DNA of 63,121 nt, counting the filler, from Saprolegnia diclina VS20 (Eukaryota): the NCBI RefSeq assembly GCF_000281045.1. It is 4 parts of 3 records of this genome, joined end to end, with 100 filler letters (N's around TTAATTAATTAA, not from the genome) between each part and the next. Parts side by side here need not be neighbours in the genome. Positions count along the whole stretch, not along the records: positions 23,075 to 35,713 come from NW_008246106.1; positions 35,814 to 60,996 come from NW_008246107.1; 2 more parts are not named here. One strand, given 5' to 3'. This document shows positions 33,685-47,049 of the stretch, piece after piece. The stretch's first letter is position 1. Every line of letters begins with the position of its first letter. Both the position numbers and the translations under genes were made by a program. Under the pieces are notes generated by a model, which worked only from the letters and a program-made list of their open reading frames with translations, was not told the DNA's origin and did not search any database.

Positions 33685-35757
33685 TTCATTTTTATCGTCT
33701 CTAAAAATTGGGTAAGACTAGATACCAAAAGATACATTACCGGCGTAGAAGATTGTCCGCTCCGTTCCGGGTAGCTATCATGAAGCCTTGGTGAGCTTGA
33801 TCCAAGACTCCGACTCGCGTTGTCGTCAATGAGACCAATCCATCCTGCATTGTCATTCAGCATAGTCGATCATCGGGTAGCAGAACCAGCAAACCGTTCA
33901 AACGTGACATCAACCGCGAAGGCGACACAGCTATATCGTTGCGAACAAGCGATAGCCCAAAACAATCTGCCATGCACTTAGCTTGCACACAATACACGCG
34001 CTGTTGTACCAGTCTAGCGGCCATCCACTCAGCTCTCGCTCAAGATCACTCGACAGCTACCGGCAAAGAAGGCGATAACCTTGCTGTAACCTCAAGGCTC
34101 GGGCAGCGGCGTCTGCGTTGTACTACAGCACGCATCAACGAGATTGCATGGATTGACCTTGACGCCATCCGTGCTGGTCCTGACTTGCGCATACTAGCAA
34201 GGGTCAAATTACTGACCCTTGATACTCGTATCTTGAATAGCCGGAGGTCATGGCCTGATGCCTCGGCAACATTGGTCCGGATGATCCAGATGGCGTAATT
34301 ATAAAACCAAATCAATTTCAGATAGAATTGCCGAGTTTTTAGCTCAAGTTTATTTTACGAGGGCAGGATTAACGTATCCGGACTTCGCGATTCGCCAAGG
34401 AGAATGGCCAGACTTCCCGCATCATAGCCTAGCGCGTCTGCCGACGGCTCTTGCCACGTGGCTGGACGCTGATTATGTGGATGACGTGCTCAAGCTATAG
34501 CGGTCATGGAGACGGACCGTCTCGTGGCCACGCCGTGTTGGCAGCCGCCGGGCTCGCCGATCATGCGCGTGGACGCTTTATAGCGTGCAGCGCTTCCTAG
34601 CGTCCTCGAAAGACGCCTCGACTTGCTACTTTCTGCTCTTTGGCGCCGCTGCGACTCGTAGTCGCCGCGAAAACGCAGAGCCATCTCGAGACGCTCGCGT
34701 GATGCTTGCTGTGCCTCTTTTGCGCTTTGACATTCGTCGTGCGCGCCGCGATCTGTCGCCTCGAGACGACAAGGTCGCACCTCGTTGAGGACGCCCCAGG
34801 CCATACCGTCCAACGCTTACCTCCAAGTCGGTACGTTGCTCTATGTGTGTGCCACGGTCTCCTGAGTGTCGATTTCAGGAGGTGTACTGCAATGCGCTGC
34901 GTCTTCTACATCGCGTGGATGGTTGAAACAAGCACCGAGCACAAGAGGCCCGTGGACGTTGAATCGTCGAGATACTATGTTGAATAGACGACGTGCATAC
35001 GCACATTCATCATGTGGTCGTGAGTACTTGGTTCGTGTGTTTGTACCGCTCACGGAAGGTATAACTAATACAGGTAGTACCTCTTTCAGTGGACAAAGAA
35101 TATAAACGCAAGTCCACGATGGGGTGGCGTGGCTTGGAGAATTGTCTGGCGCGACCTTTGGAAACCGTTATCCCAATCTCGCCCAGTTGACATCTTTTTG
35201 TCAGAAACTGGATTAACCCCGACCAGGCCCATTGAAAAAGGACGCAGTGGGTAGCCCAAAAAGCGAGGCTGCGTCGACGTGCGAGGCGCACAGCGGTCGC
35301 GAGACGCGATCCAAGATGCGCGCCAAACTAAGATCGCAGTGCCTCTTAGCGGCATCACGCCAGGACGCCGACGCCGCTTGCCGGCAACATCACGTTTGAA
35401 ATAGAATCGCCCAACGCTGGCGCAGTGATAGAAGACACTTTGGAGAGCAGAGCAGACCGCGATTCGTCGATCGTTGCTGTCCTACAACGCGTGCAATGCT
35501 CGACCACAGATATAAAGCGCTCTAAAATGTTAAGAATGCAAATGACCGCATTGACACGTCGTAGTCTTCGTCTTCTGCACTTGTAGCGACGATCTTCCCT
35601 TCCAGTGGATGAAGATTCCGATTCCTAGCACATTTACACAGCTACTACGTCCTGCGCCATCGCATCCTGTGGAGCGATGGAACGAGAGTCTTGTAGCTCA
35701 CAATGCTCGGGCTNNNNNNNNNNNNNNNNNNNNNNNNNNNNNNNNNNNNNNNNNNNN

Positions 35758-35769
35758 TTAATTAATTAA
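35758..35769. other. Artificial contig-joining linker TTAATTAATTAA
   Basis: Same 12-mer flanked by N runs. Confidence 0.95.
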
Positions 35770-36185
35770 NNNNNNNNNNNNNNNNNNNNNNNNNNNNNNN
35801 NNNNNNNNNNNNNTGCGATGCAGCAATAGCTCGAATAGAGCTGCTATGAAGAAATGAAAACGTGTGGATGCATACCAAAGCTCGTCTGGCAGCACTAGAA
35901 CACTTGGAAAAAGGCGAAAAGTCGTTGAAAGTAAGGCACAAATATTCGATAAAAATATTGTTGTATAGGTCATTAGACGTGTAATTGGAAACATGTTTTC
36001 TCTCTCTGCTTAGACATCACTGATGTTTGTAGAGTCGAGATACTGTTGCCCTGCACTTTTTGCTTCGCATTCATTGTCTTTGTTCCGCCATGTGCTTATC
36101 TATCCGGATTGTTGACGTCGCCGGATACGACGCCAAACTGCTTGACAAGCCCATTTTCTGCTCTTTGCCTCAGCCACCGCCCGCC

Positions 36186-36470
36186 ATGCTGAGCTGCATC
36201 TCGACGCCGTCGTCGACCAAGTATGAAGTCGCGTCCAAGCTCTTTGAGGACGGCGTCTCGACGCTGTCGTTCCAAGACGCCCAGCGCAGCGACGTCAGCG
36301 CACAGCGCGTTCGCATTCAAGACGCTCGACGGAGCCTCTGCCACGACCAGATCGCTACACTGCGCGGCCGTCGCGACCGGCTCGCCGCTGCACTCGCCGC
36401 CATGGACGCGCGCATCGACGCCCGCGTGGCCAAGATCGCCCTTGTCGAGCAAGAGCTAACGCTGTCATAA
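36186..36470 (+). CDS. Small hypothetical coiled-coil protein
   Basis: 94 codons, GCC-ATG start context, and heptad-like C-terminus (QIATLRGRRDRLAAALAAMDARIDARVAKI). Confidence 0.45.
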   Translation: MLSCISTPSSTKYEVASKLFEDGVSTLSFQDAQRSDVSAQRVRIQDARRSLCHDQIATLRGRRDRLAAALAAMDARIDARVAKIALVEQELTLS

Positions 36471-36699
36471 TACTGCTACTGCTGCTGTTGATGCTGGCAA
36501 TTATCTTTGCGCCTCGTCGCTCGCGACCGCTGGAGAGAGCGTCGCGGCCACATCGGCACTCGCACTACAGAGCTGCCGGTACAGCTCTATGGCTGCCTCG
36601 GCGAAGGCTGGCTGGGTGCATTGCTTTATCTTTTCGGTGGTCTTTTACTGGAGCGCTGTGATTGGTCAAAACTCGGGCAATATATCTCTCGGCGGCAGG

Positions 36700-39339
36700 A
36701 TGAGCGTGACGACGGACGAGCTCGCGCGGTACGCATGAGGATGGTGCAGGATGAGGATGCGATGCCTGGCGTAGGAAGCTGAGCGAGCTCCATGAGGAGG
36801 TCGCGAGCGTCAAGGCGCAGATCTTCGAGGCGATCCGGACCTTCTACGCTGGCGCGCAGACGACGTCCTCGAGCATGTCCCTCGACGAGGCCATCGAGTT
36901 TGCCGGGAGCTGGTCGCGCAAGGTCGACCTCCGTAGCAACCTGGCAGACCTCCCGGCGAGTGAGATCCAGCTGCGCATGGCGCGTCTCGAGACGGTCTTG
37001 TCCGAGACAGTTGCGCAGTTGCAGCACGACGATGACGCGTCGAGTCGCGGGACGTTGCACCAGTCTGTTCTCGCGCACGAGCGGCTGAGCGTCCAGATCC
37101 AGCAGTCGCAGAGCACGCTCTCGCTACTGCAGCTTCTCTCCGACTTGGACACGGGTCTGCAGAGCTTCGACCTGGCGATGGACGTGCCCGACCTCACACG
37201 CGCCGCGACCGACCTCGCGGCCATTCAGACGTGTCTGACCAAGGTCGACTCGCAGCACCCCAAGGCGTCCATGGAGTACCGTATCGTGCAGATCATGCAG
37301 ATGCAGTACGAGGCGCGCCTGAACCAGCTGCAGTGCTACCTCGCCGACTCGCTCTCAGGCCTCTGGAAGATTTCGCCGCGTTCGATGAGCATCACGCCGA
37401 CGTCGATGCCCGTGTACGCGACCTTGCAGCGCACGGGCCGCTTAGTGACACACCTCGAGCAGCTCGCGGCCGACCTGTACGAGCACATTTTTGCGCCGCT
37501 CGTTGCGGACGCGTCGCTCGTCCCGACCGTGCGCCAAACGATCGTCACGTTGACGCCCAAGACGGCAGCCTCGTATCCCTTCCTCTGTACCTGGCGTGGG
37601 ATCCTACGTCTGTGCATAGGACGGGCATTCCCCGCGTCCAGCACCTCTGTGCCCACGTTACGACGCTGCTCAAGTTTCTTGCGCCGTTTCTTCCGCCGCT
37701 CGACGAAGGCGAGAGCGTCCTCACGAAGCTCATGGCCGTTCTGTGGTCGTCGGCGCTCGAAGCAGCGTTTGTATCGCTGCTGCAGTCGACGCTGCCGTCG
37801 GACGCGGCCCAGTTGCGGGACTTTAAGCAGCATTTGACGCCTGTGGTGCGTCCTCGAGTGACCGTAGGCGACATGTTGACCACGTTTGTGCTATGGCAGA
37901 TGCACAGCTTTGAAGCCTCGCTCGTGGCCCTCCGACTTGCCCTTCCGTCGTCGCTCGTCTCGTTTGGCCAGCACTTGGACGTGTACAAACTTGGCTGAAA
38001 CGGAGGATATATATGTACGTGCGACGTAGGCAATTTGCCGAGCACAAGCGCGCCACGCTGCTGCAGGAAGCCCGTCAACGCATGCAGCACGACTACCTCA
38101 ACTCGGTGCTCGTGCCGAGCTACCCGGCCGTTCTTGTCCCGACCAACCACAAGAAGAAGGTCCAAGTGTCACCCGTGGCGGCGGCGGACGACGACGACGA
38201 CCGATCGACGCCGATGCGCGTCTCGGTCTGCGCGCAGTGGCTTCTCGCGCAGGTCGTCCAGCTCTTGGCCGAGACGAGCGAGTGCGATCCAAACGTGGCG
38301 GCGCCGCTTTTGTTTCAAACCGCTCGGGATCTCTTCAGTCTCTTCTCGGCGCTCATGCCAACGCTGTACAAGGAAGAGCTGCGCTTCGACCCGCGCCTCG
38401 TCTTGCTGCTGCACAACGACGCCATGTACTTTACTCGGCACATGCTCACGCTTTGCGACAAGTCGCGGTCTCTTGCTGTCCGTTGCCATCTCGATATCTG
38501 ATATATTGATACTAGATTGCCGGCGCCGCTGCACGACAGCGCGACGATGATCGACTTGATCCCAGACTTGCGCGATCTCGGCGAGACCAAGCTCGTGGCC
38601 TTTGGGAAAGCTCAAGCGACGCAGCTGCAGGACGCGCTGCGCACTGCGTTCGTGGTCGGCAATTGTCTTGACTCGGTGGCTTCTCATGCACGATACCGTT
38701 AGCCGTATGCGACGCTGGACGACGACAACGCGTTCAACCAGCTCGAGACCGCGATCAAGTCGGTGGTCTTCAAGCTCGAACGCATCGTGCACGCATGGAA
38801 AGGTGGGTTGGCGCCTGACGATGTCTACTGCCGCGTGGTGGCCAACCTTCTCGAGCCGCTCCTGCACACTGTGCTGGACGCGCTGGTGACGCCGCGCACC
38901 ATCGTCGTCTTGCCGCCCAAAGCCGTGCACCAACTGCACTACCTCTTTTCGCTTCTCCTCCACGTACGTCGGACGCATTGTGCTCCTCGCGATTGATGTG
39001 CGGTCCAGTGCGATAGCTATTTCCCATCAACGGCGCTCGAGTTCAAGTACGTGCGGTCGGCCAAAGCCTTTCACACGATCACGACGCTCCTGGTACTGCA
39101 TGTCGTCAACCGCGAGAGCTCGCATGAATGCAAGTATTGCTATGAACGTAGGAAGAAAATAGCGTCTCTGGCATCATCGAGCAGTGGAACGCAGGTGCGC
39201 TTGCCGACTTGACGCGGCCCCACGTCGTTGCGCTCCTCCAGTACGTCGTTCCTTGCTTGCTAGCCAGTTTTCACCGATCGTTTTGTATAGGAGCTTGAGC
39301 GGCGACGCCAAAGACCGCGTCTCGACCCTTGCGCCGTGA
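36700..39339 (+). CDS. ZW10: Centromere/kinetochore protein ZW10 homolog (multi-exon)
   Basis: LFQTARDLFSLFSALMPTLYKEELRFDPRLVLLLHNDAMYFTRHMLTL resembles ZW10 LFYSVRNIFHLF..VVPTYHKE.L...P.LAAIHHNNCMYIAHHLLTL. N-terminal coiled coil. GT-AG introns link the frames. Confidence 0.8.
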
Positions 39340-39390
39340 TGAAAATGGCAAAACAAGACTCGTCTTTGTCACATACATAGTTCCTACGGC

Positions 39391-39739
39391 TTACGAAACC
39401 AACGGCGCGCCAAGCGTGTTGCGACGCCGCTTCTCGGCCAGACAGAGGGCGACGCCACCGAGGGCGACGACACCCGAGATCGAGCCGCAGATCGCCACCG
39501 TCGTGCCCGTGCTCATCTTGGTCGCTACGCCGGTCGCATGAGATGCTGTACCGACACATTGACACCGTACCGTCAATGGCGGCCTGCTCGTCGGCTGTGC
39601 GACCGCGCTCCTTGGGCGAGGGCGTGATCCAGGCCACCGGCGCCGGCGCTTCGGTCTCTGTCGGAGCGGTCGTCTCGTTGGCGGCCATTGTCTGCGAGAT
39701 CAGAAGCGTAATGAACGCGGCCACGTGCAGGAGCTGCAT
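39391..39739 (-). CDS. Small type I membrane protein (signal peptide, Thr/Pro-rich ectodomain, TM, basic tail), 2 exons
   Basis: Signal MQLLHVAAFITLLISQTMA. Intron at 39525-39570. TM VAICGSISGVVALGGVALCL followed by KRRR. Confidence 0.7.
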
Positions 39740-40347
39740 GGTGCTTGGTTCGACGTGGCAACTTGGAAAATGGCAACCCTGTCACGCTTCCGACGGATCC
39801 GACGGCGCATCCTCCACTCTCGCAGGTCCTCCTGGGCCAAATATTGTGGTTGCATACAAAGATGAAGTACACATTAGCATATGGAGATAAAAGCCGCTCT
39901 GGTCGTGGCCAGGAGGTGCTGGTGCTGTCGTCGCCGCACCCACAGAGCCGCCGTCGGACAGGCGGCGACAGCCTCGCGCCGCTTCTATTCGAGCCGCGCC
40001 GCTTCTATTCGAGCCGCGCCGTCCGCTCGCACGAGACCGTATAGCCCCGAGTACGCTGTGGCCCATGCAGCCCATTCACTGTGCAAGAATAGCGTCCTTG
40101 AGATGACGTGTAGAACCAGTTATACCATATTGGTATGCGCGGCCACCCGTTCGAGCGTTCGGGCCGCCGTCGGAGTCGAAATCGGCGGTGTCGCAGTGCG
40201 CCTGTGATGCACGGTCTGGAATGCCATTCGTTCGACTAATAGCAGTGTCAGTGGCGGTGTGACAGACACCACGCAGTTCCTTTGCACGTCGTCGTCGTCA
40301 CGGGCCTCGTCAGGTAGAGTAGGAGGAAGGCGTGATTTATATTGTTA

Positions 40348-41145
40348 TTAGTGCGTGGTAGTCGTGTCGTGGAGCGCGAGCCGGGCCGTGAGAAGGTACC
40401 CTTGCAGCTTGCGGTAGTCTTTGCGCAGCTGCACGCGCATCGAGAAGGTCGAACTCGTGTACTCCTTGATGATCTCTTCGACGCGAGCGAGCTCGGCGTG
40501 GTGCTCGGCTTTTTGGTTGTTGCTTCCGGACGACTGCGGTAGCGCGAGGAAGCGCCGCGTCGTCTTGTTGAGAAACTTGACGCAGCTCAAGGGCGCGGCG
40601 CGGCGGCTGCCGTCGTGCGCCTTCATGTGCTTGGTGGACGCTGGGAAAAGGTCTTTGAGGCGGCCGCGTTCGCGCTTCAAGTCCTGAAGCAGTCGCATCT
40701 CTTCTTGGAAGCGAAGATCGTCGTTGTGCAGGGCGTGGACCTTGAGGATGCACACGCGGTACATGGCCGGCCATGACAGCGCGCGCATGGGCTTGATCGA
40801 CCACTTTTTCTCTTCGTCGGCGTCGACGCCGCACGAGGTGCGAGCAGAAACAAGCTTGTCCTGGAACGAACAGCGCTTTGCTGCGGCTCCATCGTCGTCG
40901 TCTTGGTTGCTGCAGTGGATGTCGAGGTCGGAGAATGCATTGCGGCGCTGCAGCGTGCAGGTCCGGGGCACCGCCACTGGCACGCGCAGGATGTCACGCT
41001 CAACGAGGCGTCGCCAGTGGTCGTGCATCGACGGCGCCTTGGCATCGCGCAGCGTTCGGCAGGTGCTTGAGACGCGGCCGAGGTCCCGCGCCTCGAGGTA
41101 GACGTACAAGCGCTGCCTGCAGACGTCGGGCAGGTCGGCCAGCAT
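40348..41145 (-). CDS. F-box protein with C-terminal coiled coil
   Basis: MLADLPDVCRQRLYVYLEARDLGRVSSTCRTLR....DHWRRL fits the F-box consensus. Confidence 0.75.
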   Translation of the reverse strand: MLADLPDVCRQRLYVYLEARDLGRVSSTCRTLRDAKAPSMHDHWRRLVERDILRVPVAVPRTCTLQRRNAFSDLDIHCSNQDDDDGAAAKRCSFQDKLVSARTSCGVDADEEKKWSIKPMRALSWPAMYRVCILKVHALHNDDLRFQEEMRLLQDLKRERGRLKDLFPASTKHMKAHDGSRRAAPLSCVKFLNKTTRRFLALPQSSGSNNQKAEHHAELARVEEIIKEYTSSTFSMRVQLRKDYRKLQGYLLTARLALHDTTTTH

Positions 41146-41324
41146 CCACACCAACTGCAACCGGTGCCTGTCCGGATATGCTTATCCGGAATGAAACTTT
41201 AGACCAAAATACCAAATCACCGACCAACTCAATTCTTCAATTCTCCAATTCCCACTTCTCAATTCTCAACTCTCAATTCTCACATCGCACATTCGGGATG
41301 GCGCTTGCGGCCTGCAGCGTGCAT

Positions 41325-41862
41325 TTACGACGTCTTCCAATGCGTGATCTCGAGGATGTTGTCGTCAAGGTCGCTGAAGAAGAGCGAGAGTTGCCTGCCG
41401 AACGATGATCGAACGTTCTGCAGGAGGATGACAACGTACCGGCCATAGTCTTCGTACTGCACTTCAGCGTTCGTGCCATGCGCCGCCAAGTCGCTCGACA
41501 AGGACGCTTTGATGGTCGCAAAGTCGACGGCGTCCTTGCACGTCATGGCGAAATGCGCCCCGTTGTGGTCTCGGATCTGCGCTTGGCCGACTGCGAGCGG
41601 CAAGAGCGCCACCTACAGCGCACCGTATAATGCATGCTCTGGCAGTAGAATCATCGACCTGTGCCGCGCCAATCCGGAGAAAGGCCGGGTCTTGGCCAAA
41701 GTTCGGGTCGTCCTTGTAGAGGTGAACGGCGCCCAAGACGCGCTCGTAGAACGCAATGGACTTGGTTACGTCCTTGCAGACAATGCACACGTGGTCCAGC
41801 GACGGCGCCGCCTTGGCAAACACACTCCGCGTCACCGAATATAGGGCGCGGCTGGCTCGCAT
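41325..41862 (-). CDS. VOC/glyoxalase-family protein, probable mitochondrial presequence
   Basis: LDHVCIVCKDVTKSIAFYERVLG, HFAMT and SLFFSDLDDNILEI. One or two short introns. Confidence 0.88.
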
Positions 41863-42385
41863 CTTGACAGTTTGAAAATGCACTGGTCAAAAGCAGCACA
41901 AATCCCTCAATTTTCACCTGCGTGGTTTTTACGAAAAACGTGAAAAATACGTGGCGCCAAACGGGCCGTTGCTTTTCGTCACGGTGCAAGGAGCACGGGC
42001 CCTTTGACAGCGCTGATTTTTTGTCTCTTCAGGTTTCGGTTCCTTCAAGCTATCTATACAAAGTATCCAGTGTATCCAGTGTATCCAATCTCCATCTTCA
42101 TCGCATGCCAACAAGTCGTTCGTCCACCAGCACATTCGAAGGATTCTCAAATCACCCAAGAACGCGCGATTAACAGGTCAACAACACATTTGACTTTCAA
42201 ATTTGAATATGGAGACGACTAGACTATCGTAGCGGCTAGCGGCTACGTCGTCGCGCCGTCCTCCGACTGCCGGTTTATGAGGACTTGGTTTTTGAAACGG
42301 ACCGTTGGCGCCTTTTTTGGGAAAGGTGGTTCACTCCGAGAATAGCCTGCCGCGCCAACGAGGCCCAGTGGTCGTTGTTGAACGA

Positions 42386-45300
42386 ATGTCGTCGCGCAAG
42401 AGCTCGTCCAAGGCGCCACCGATGTCCGCGATGCGCAAGCGCAAGCTCGAGTCGTCGACGAGCCGCCGGCAGTCGATCCAGCGCATGGTGTCCATCACAG
42501 TCTCGAATCAGCTCGAGCAGATTCGGGATCCGCGAGCGCGTGGTATCTTTTTTCTCTTTCGCGACTCGGGCGAGTCGATCCGCGACTACACGCTCCGCAC
42601 ATTGGAGCAGTCGAACGCCGGCAGCACGCTCGACGGCTCCATGATCCTCCTCAGTCTCATCTGGGTCGGCATCTACATCAGCGTCAACCGCGACGGACCC
42701 CGACCGCTTCTCGACAGCAACACCCAGTCCGACAGTACGTGTCTTGTTCGCGTTCTTGTCGACTTGTATTCAGAATCGCATTATAGTCATCAAGGTTGGC
42801 TACACACTCGGCGTCATCTTCCTCTGCGAGTACGTGTATTTTGGTGCATTTGCTGTAGTTCTAATTGCTGCGGTCTAGTTATATGCTGCGACTCTACGCG
42901 TCGCCGCTGCGTGGCAACCACTTTAGCAGCTTCTTCTCCATGGTCGACTTTGTCTCGTTTGTCCCTATGGTCATTGAGCTCGCGCTCGGCAACGACGTGC
43001 TCTCGCGCTGGGCCGACGACCCGACGCGGCGCCAGCTCGTGTCCATCCTCCAAGTTACCAAGACTGTCCGCATTCTGCGCTCGTACCGCATTCTCAAGTA
43101 CATCAAGTCGACCGTGACGCGCCAAATCACGGCGACCGTCCTCACGGTCATTTGCATCATTGTCGCCATGGCCGGCATGCTCCAGATTCTCGACCAGTGC
43201 GCGGCGCAGTGCCCGACCGTGTGCCAGTCCATGCTCGTGCAGACGTGCATGGACCCGACCGCAGAACGCGCGCCCGAGACACTTGCGTGTCTGGAGCTCA
43301 ACGACAAGTTTTATTGTTGCACGTGCCAGAACCTCGGGTTCTTTGACTGGGTCTACTTTGTCGTGGTAGGTTGCATTTTTCTTGTTTGCAAAGTTTGTTT
43401 GTCGAGTCGAATTTTATACTTTGTCGAATTTTGAGATTTTTGGATGCCAATTTCAACCAATTTTTAGGTGTCGATCTCGACGCTCGGGTACGGCGACATT
43501 GCGCCGCGCAGCCGGTTTGGCCGCCTTGCCACGTCGCTCATGATCATGCTCACGTTCGTGCTCGTGCCGATTCAAGTCAACAAGTTGATTGCGACGATAT
43601 CGTCGCACTCGGGGTACACGAATTCGTACAAAGAGTACCGAACGCACACCCACGGCATCATCACGGCGGGCGGCGAAGTGAGCGCCGGCGCGCTCAACAA
43701 CTTTTTACGGCAATTTTTCCACCCCGACAACCCCAACTGGAACGAAAAGGTATATATATGTTTGCGACAACACAAAGGGCTAAACGATGTACAGATTGTC
43801 ATCTTGCACCCGTCGGCGCCAACGAGCGAAGTGAAAAAGATCGTACACCAGTACGAACCGCGCGTCCAGTACATTGTCGGTTCGGCCATGAACGAGCTCG
43901 ATCTGGAGCGCGCGATGATCAGCCGCGCGTCGATTTGCTACGTCATGATCAACAAGCACTCGCATCGGTCGTCCAACGAAGACCAGTCGAGCACGCTCTT
44001 GACAGCTGCGTTTCGCGGCTCGAACGCCAAAATTCCCATCTACTCGCAAGTGTACTCGTCCCAAAACATGGGCCACTGCACGCTCTCGGGGGCGTCCGGC
44101 GTCGTCTGCATCGAGCGACTCAAGCTCGGCGTTGTGGGCTTGAACTGCTCCATCATGGGGCTCTCGACGCTCCTCTCCAACCTCCTCGACACGGTCTCGC
44201 CCAACGTCGAGTTCTTGTACCCGTCCGACTCGTGGGAGGCGGCCTATCTGCGCGGTCCGTGCTATGGTCGTATCTGTTGTGTGTTTACATTCCCCTAGGT
44301 TACATTCACGAGATTTACAAAGTCGACCTTCCCCGCACGTTTTCCGGGCTCACGTACGGCGAGCTCATTTTGTTCTTATTTGGCACGATCCAAGTGATCC
44401 CGATCGCGATGCTCACCGACCAAGGCGCGCGGATCATGCCCATGGACTTCAAGATCGGCACGACGGCCGACCCGACCATCTGCTGCACGCTCTATGTGCT
44501 CGCGGCCGGGATTTCCGTCGCGGACCGCATCGCCGAGTACCCCCTCGAGCAAATCCGCGAGTTTCGGCAAACGCTGCGCAAGCAAGAGCGCTATATGGCC
44601 GAGCGCGCAGCGAACCGGCAGCGCACCGAAGCGGTGATTGTGGTGCCGCCCCCCGAGGCCCCCAAGCACAGCGAAGCCGTCATCATCAAGCCCAAGCTCA
44701 GCCCCGACGCGGGCGCGGCCGAGCCGCGTCGAGGGTCTATCACCGAAGAGCAACAGCCCGTCGCCGGCCTCAAGGTCGAGGGCTTTGCTGCGATGCGTAA
44801 AACCCTCCATGGCGTTAAGCACGCGTTTGAAAAGTCGTCGCCGTACAAGGACTTTCTGGTTCATTTTGTGGTGAACGATCGGTCAAGTGACGGGACTTTG
44901 GTAGGACAAGCCGCTGCCCGACGTACTCAGCGGTCACGTGGTCGTCGTCGGACTGCCGCTCTCGCTGCACGACCTCATCATGCCGTTGCGCCAGCACAAT
45001 GTCGAGGCGTCCACGGTGCAGGTATCGATCGTCTTGCATTTGAGTATGCGACACGTGATCTTTTGTTCTATAGCCCATCGTTTTTATCTCGTCGTTTGGG
45101 ATGACGGAAGCGCATTTCCAGACGATTCCGGACCCGGATGGCATCTACTTTTTCCAGGGGTCTCCGCTGAGCTCGTTCGATTTGGAGCGCATCCACATTG
45201 GTAGCGCCGCGGCCATCATCATTCTCGTACGTACTTTAAAAATGAGCAAAATTGGAGTTGCTGACTAGGCCTCGACGTCGTCCAAGCGGCGCTACGTGGA

Positions 45301-46071
45301 CGAAAACATGGTCGACGCCGACGCGATCACGACCGTGCGCTACATCATCGAGGCGTGCGGGTCCGCGACGCCCAACCTCATTGTGGAGCTCGTGAAAGCC
45401 ACGAACGTCAAGTTTATGAGCTTTATCGTCAAACGACCGCCTCGCCGAGGCCGTCGGCAGAGTGACGGCCGGCACTACCGGACGTTCGGATCCGTCGCGC
45501 TCAAGTACGCCAACACCAACGGCTTGGACGCGACCAAGAACAGCGACCAAAAGATCGATATCGAGCACATTTGCGAGCCGTCGTACGCCTCGGGTACCCC
45601 ATTTTTATGGCGAATTGTGCAGCCAACGTCAGGCATAGGACGCGTGTACGTCAGCGGCATGATCGACTCGCTCATGAGCGAGTGCTACCAAAAACCCAAC
45701 ATCACGTCGGTCGTCAACCTTCTCATGTTTGGGTCCCCCGAAGACGACGAGTTTGTATTGTTTCAATGTATCAAGTGTGCAATGCATCTCGTAGGTGTCA
45801 ACGACTCTTTCAAGTCAAAGTGCCCGCGCTGCTCGTCGGCAAAGAGTTTGCAGAGTGCTTTCGAAAATGCCTCAAACTGGTACCTTGTCCTATTGTCCTA
45901 TTTTTCTATTATCAAAATACGTCGTAGAACCTCATTTGCATCGGGTGCCTCCACCTCGCGTCTGACAAGTCACCGTCGTACGTACACACAAACCCGCCGG
46001 GCACGATGAAGATCGTCGCCACCGACTTGCTCTATCTCGTCGGAAAGCCGTGCGCCGAACTGCCCCTGTAG
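42386..46071 (+). CDS. BK/Slo-type (Ca2+/Na+-activated) potassium channel with RCK domains (multi-exon)
   Basis: S4-like KTVRILRSYRILK. Pore FFDWVYFVVV|SISTLGYGDIAP. RCK motifs LNNFLRQFFHPD, YIVGSAMNELDLERA, GLSTLLSNL and YASGRVYVSGMIDSLMSECY. Stop at 46069-46071. Confidence 0.92.
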
Positions 46072-47049
46072 AATAGCGACACACCTACTATATGACACAT
46101 AACTTATACTATCACTATTGCATCTTGCTATCCTCGAAACAACTCAAACACGCTCATTACGTTTGCTGCCCACCTTAATTTGATGTTCAGTGGGACATGC
46201 TCAGCGCCACGTCGGCGCGGGCCCCAAAGAGACTCGGGTCCGAGCGTTGATAGAGAGCAACGTACGCTGCGTAGCTGTCTTGCACAGCGAGGTGCGCCTT
46301 CGCCGCTTCGTACTGCAGCGTGGCCACCCACATCTGCGCACTCTGTCACATCAATCCGTCGAAGAAACACGCGTCCTCACCGTCAGATACAGGCTACGCA
46401 CGAGCGCGTACACTCCACACGCTTTGCGCAACGGACTCGTGGCGCTACCGACCAAACCCACTTCAGCTCGACGCTATCAAGCTAGAGTTGGCACCAGTTG
46501 TCGGCAGCCGTCGCACACCCTTCGAGTTGCAGCGTGCCGTCGTCTGGACTAGTAGCATTCGTCCTTGATCAGCTTCCACACGCCATTGAATCGTACCAGA
46601 GCATCGAGCCGCAGCAGCACAACGTCGCGCCGAGACGAAGCATGGCGGCTACGAGGGTCACCGCGACGAGCCCCAGCTGCACCAGGCAGAGCCCGCCAAT
46701 CTACGCAGTGCGCTGTTGTATCTCACCCTCGCCTCCAAGCACCGTACCAGCATGGCGACGTGCGGGCGTGGGCGGTGTGTCGCGTACACAGCAGCAAGCG
46801 TCGTTGCGGTCACGAGAAGTGGCACGCCCCAGGCGGCCGCTGTGATCTTGGACGAAGTTCGATGACCCACATAGAGGTCACTGGCCGAGAGCAGCAGGAT
46901 GAGCTAGAAGAAGATCGACAAGACGCAATAGGTTGCGAGAGCTGACGTAGTGCACGTACGAGGAGTGACGAGCCGAGGACCTTGTGCTGCGTGGGCGCCA
47001 TGGTGCACCAAACGAAAAATGATATGAAAAATCGTCTTTTCTCTGGTTT

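Noticed and set aside
35010..35360. Possible hAT transposase dimerisation-domain remnant
   Set aside because: Only vague LAFW / RFPKVAR fragments in different frames, and no ERxFS motif seen.
39975..40021. 20-bp tandem duplication (also a 9-bp x ~3 repeat at ~42063-42087)
   Set aside because: Real but short slippage-type duplications with no further structure.
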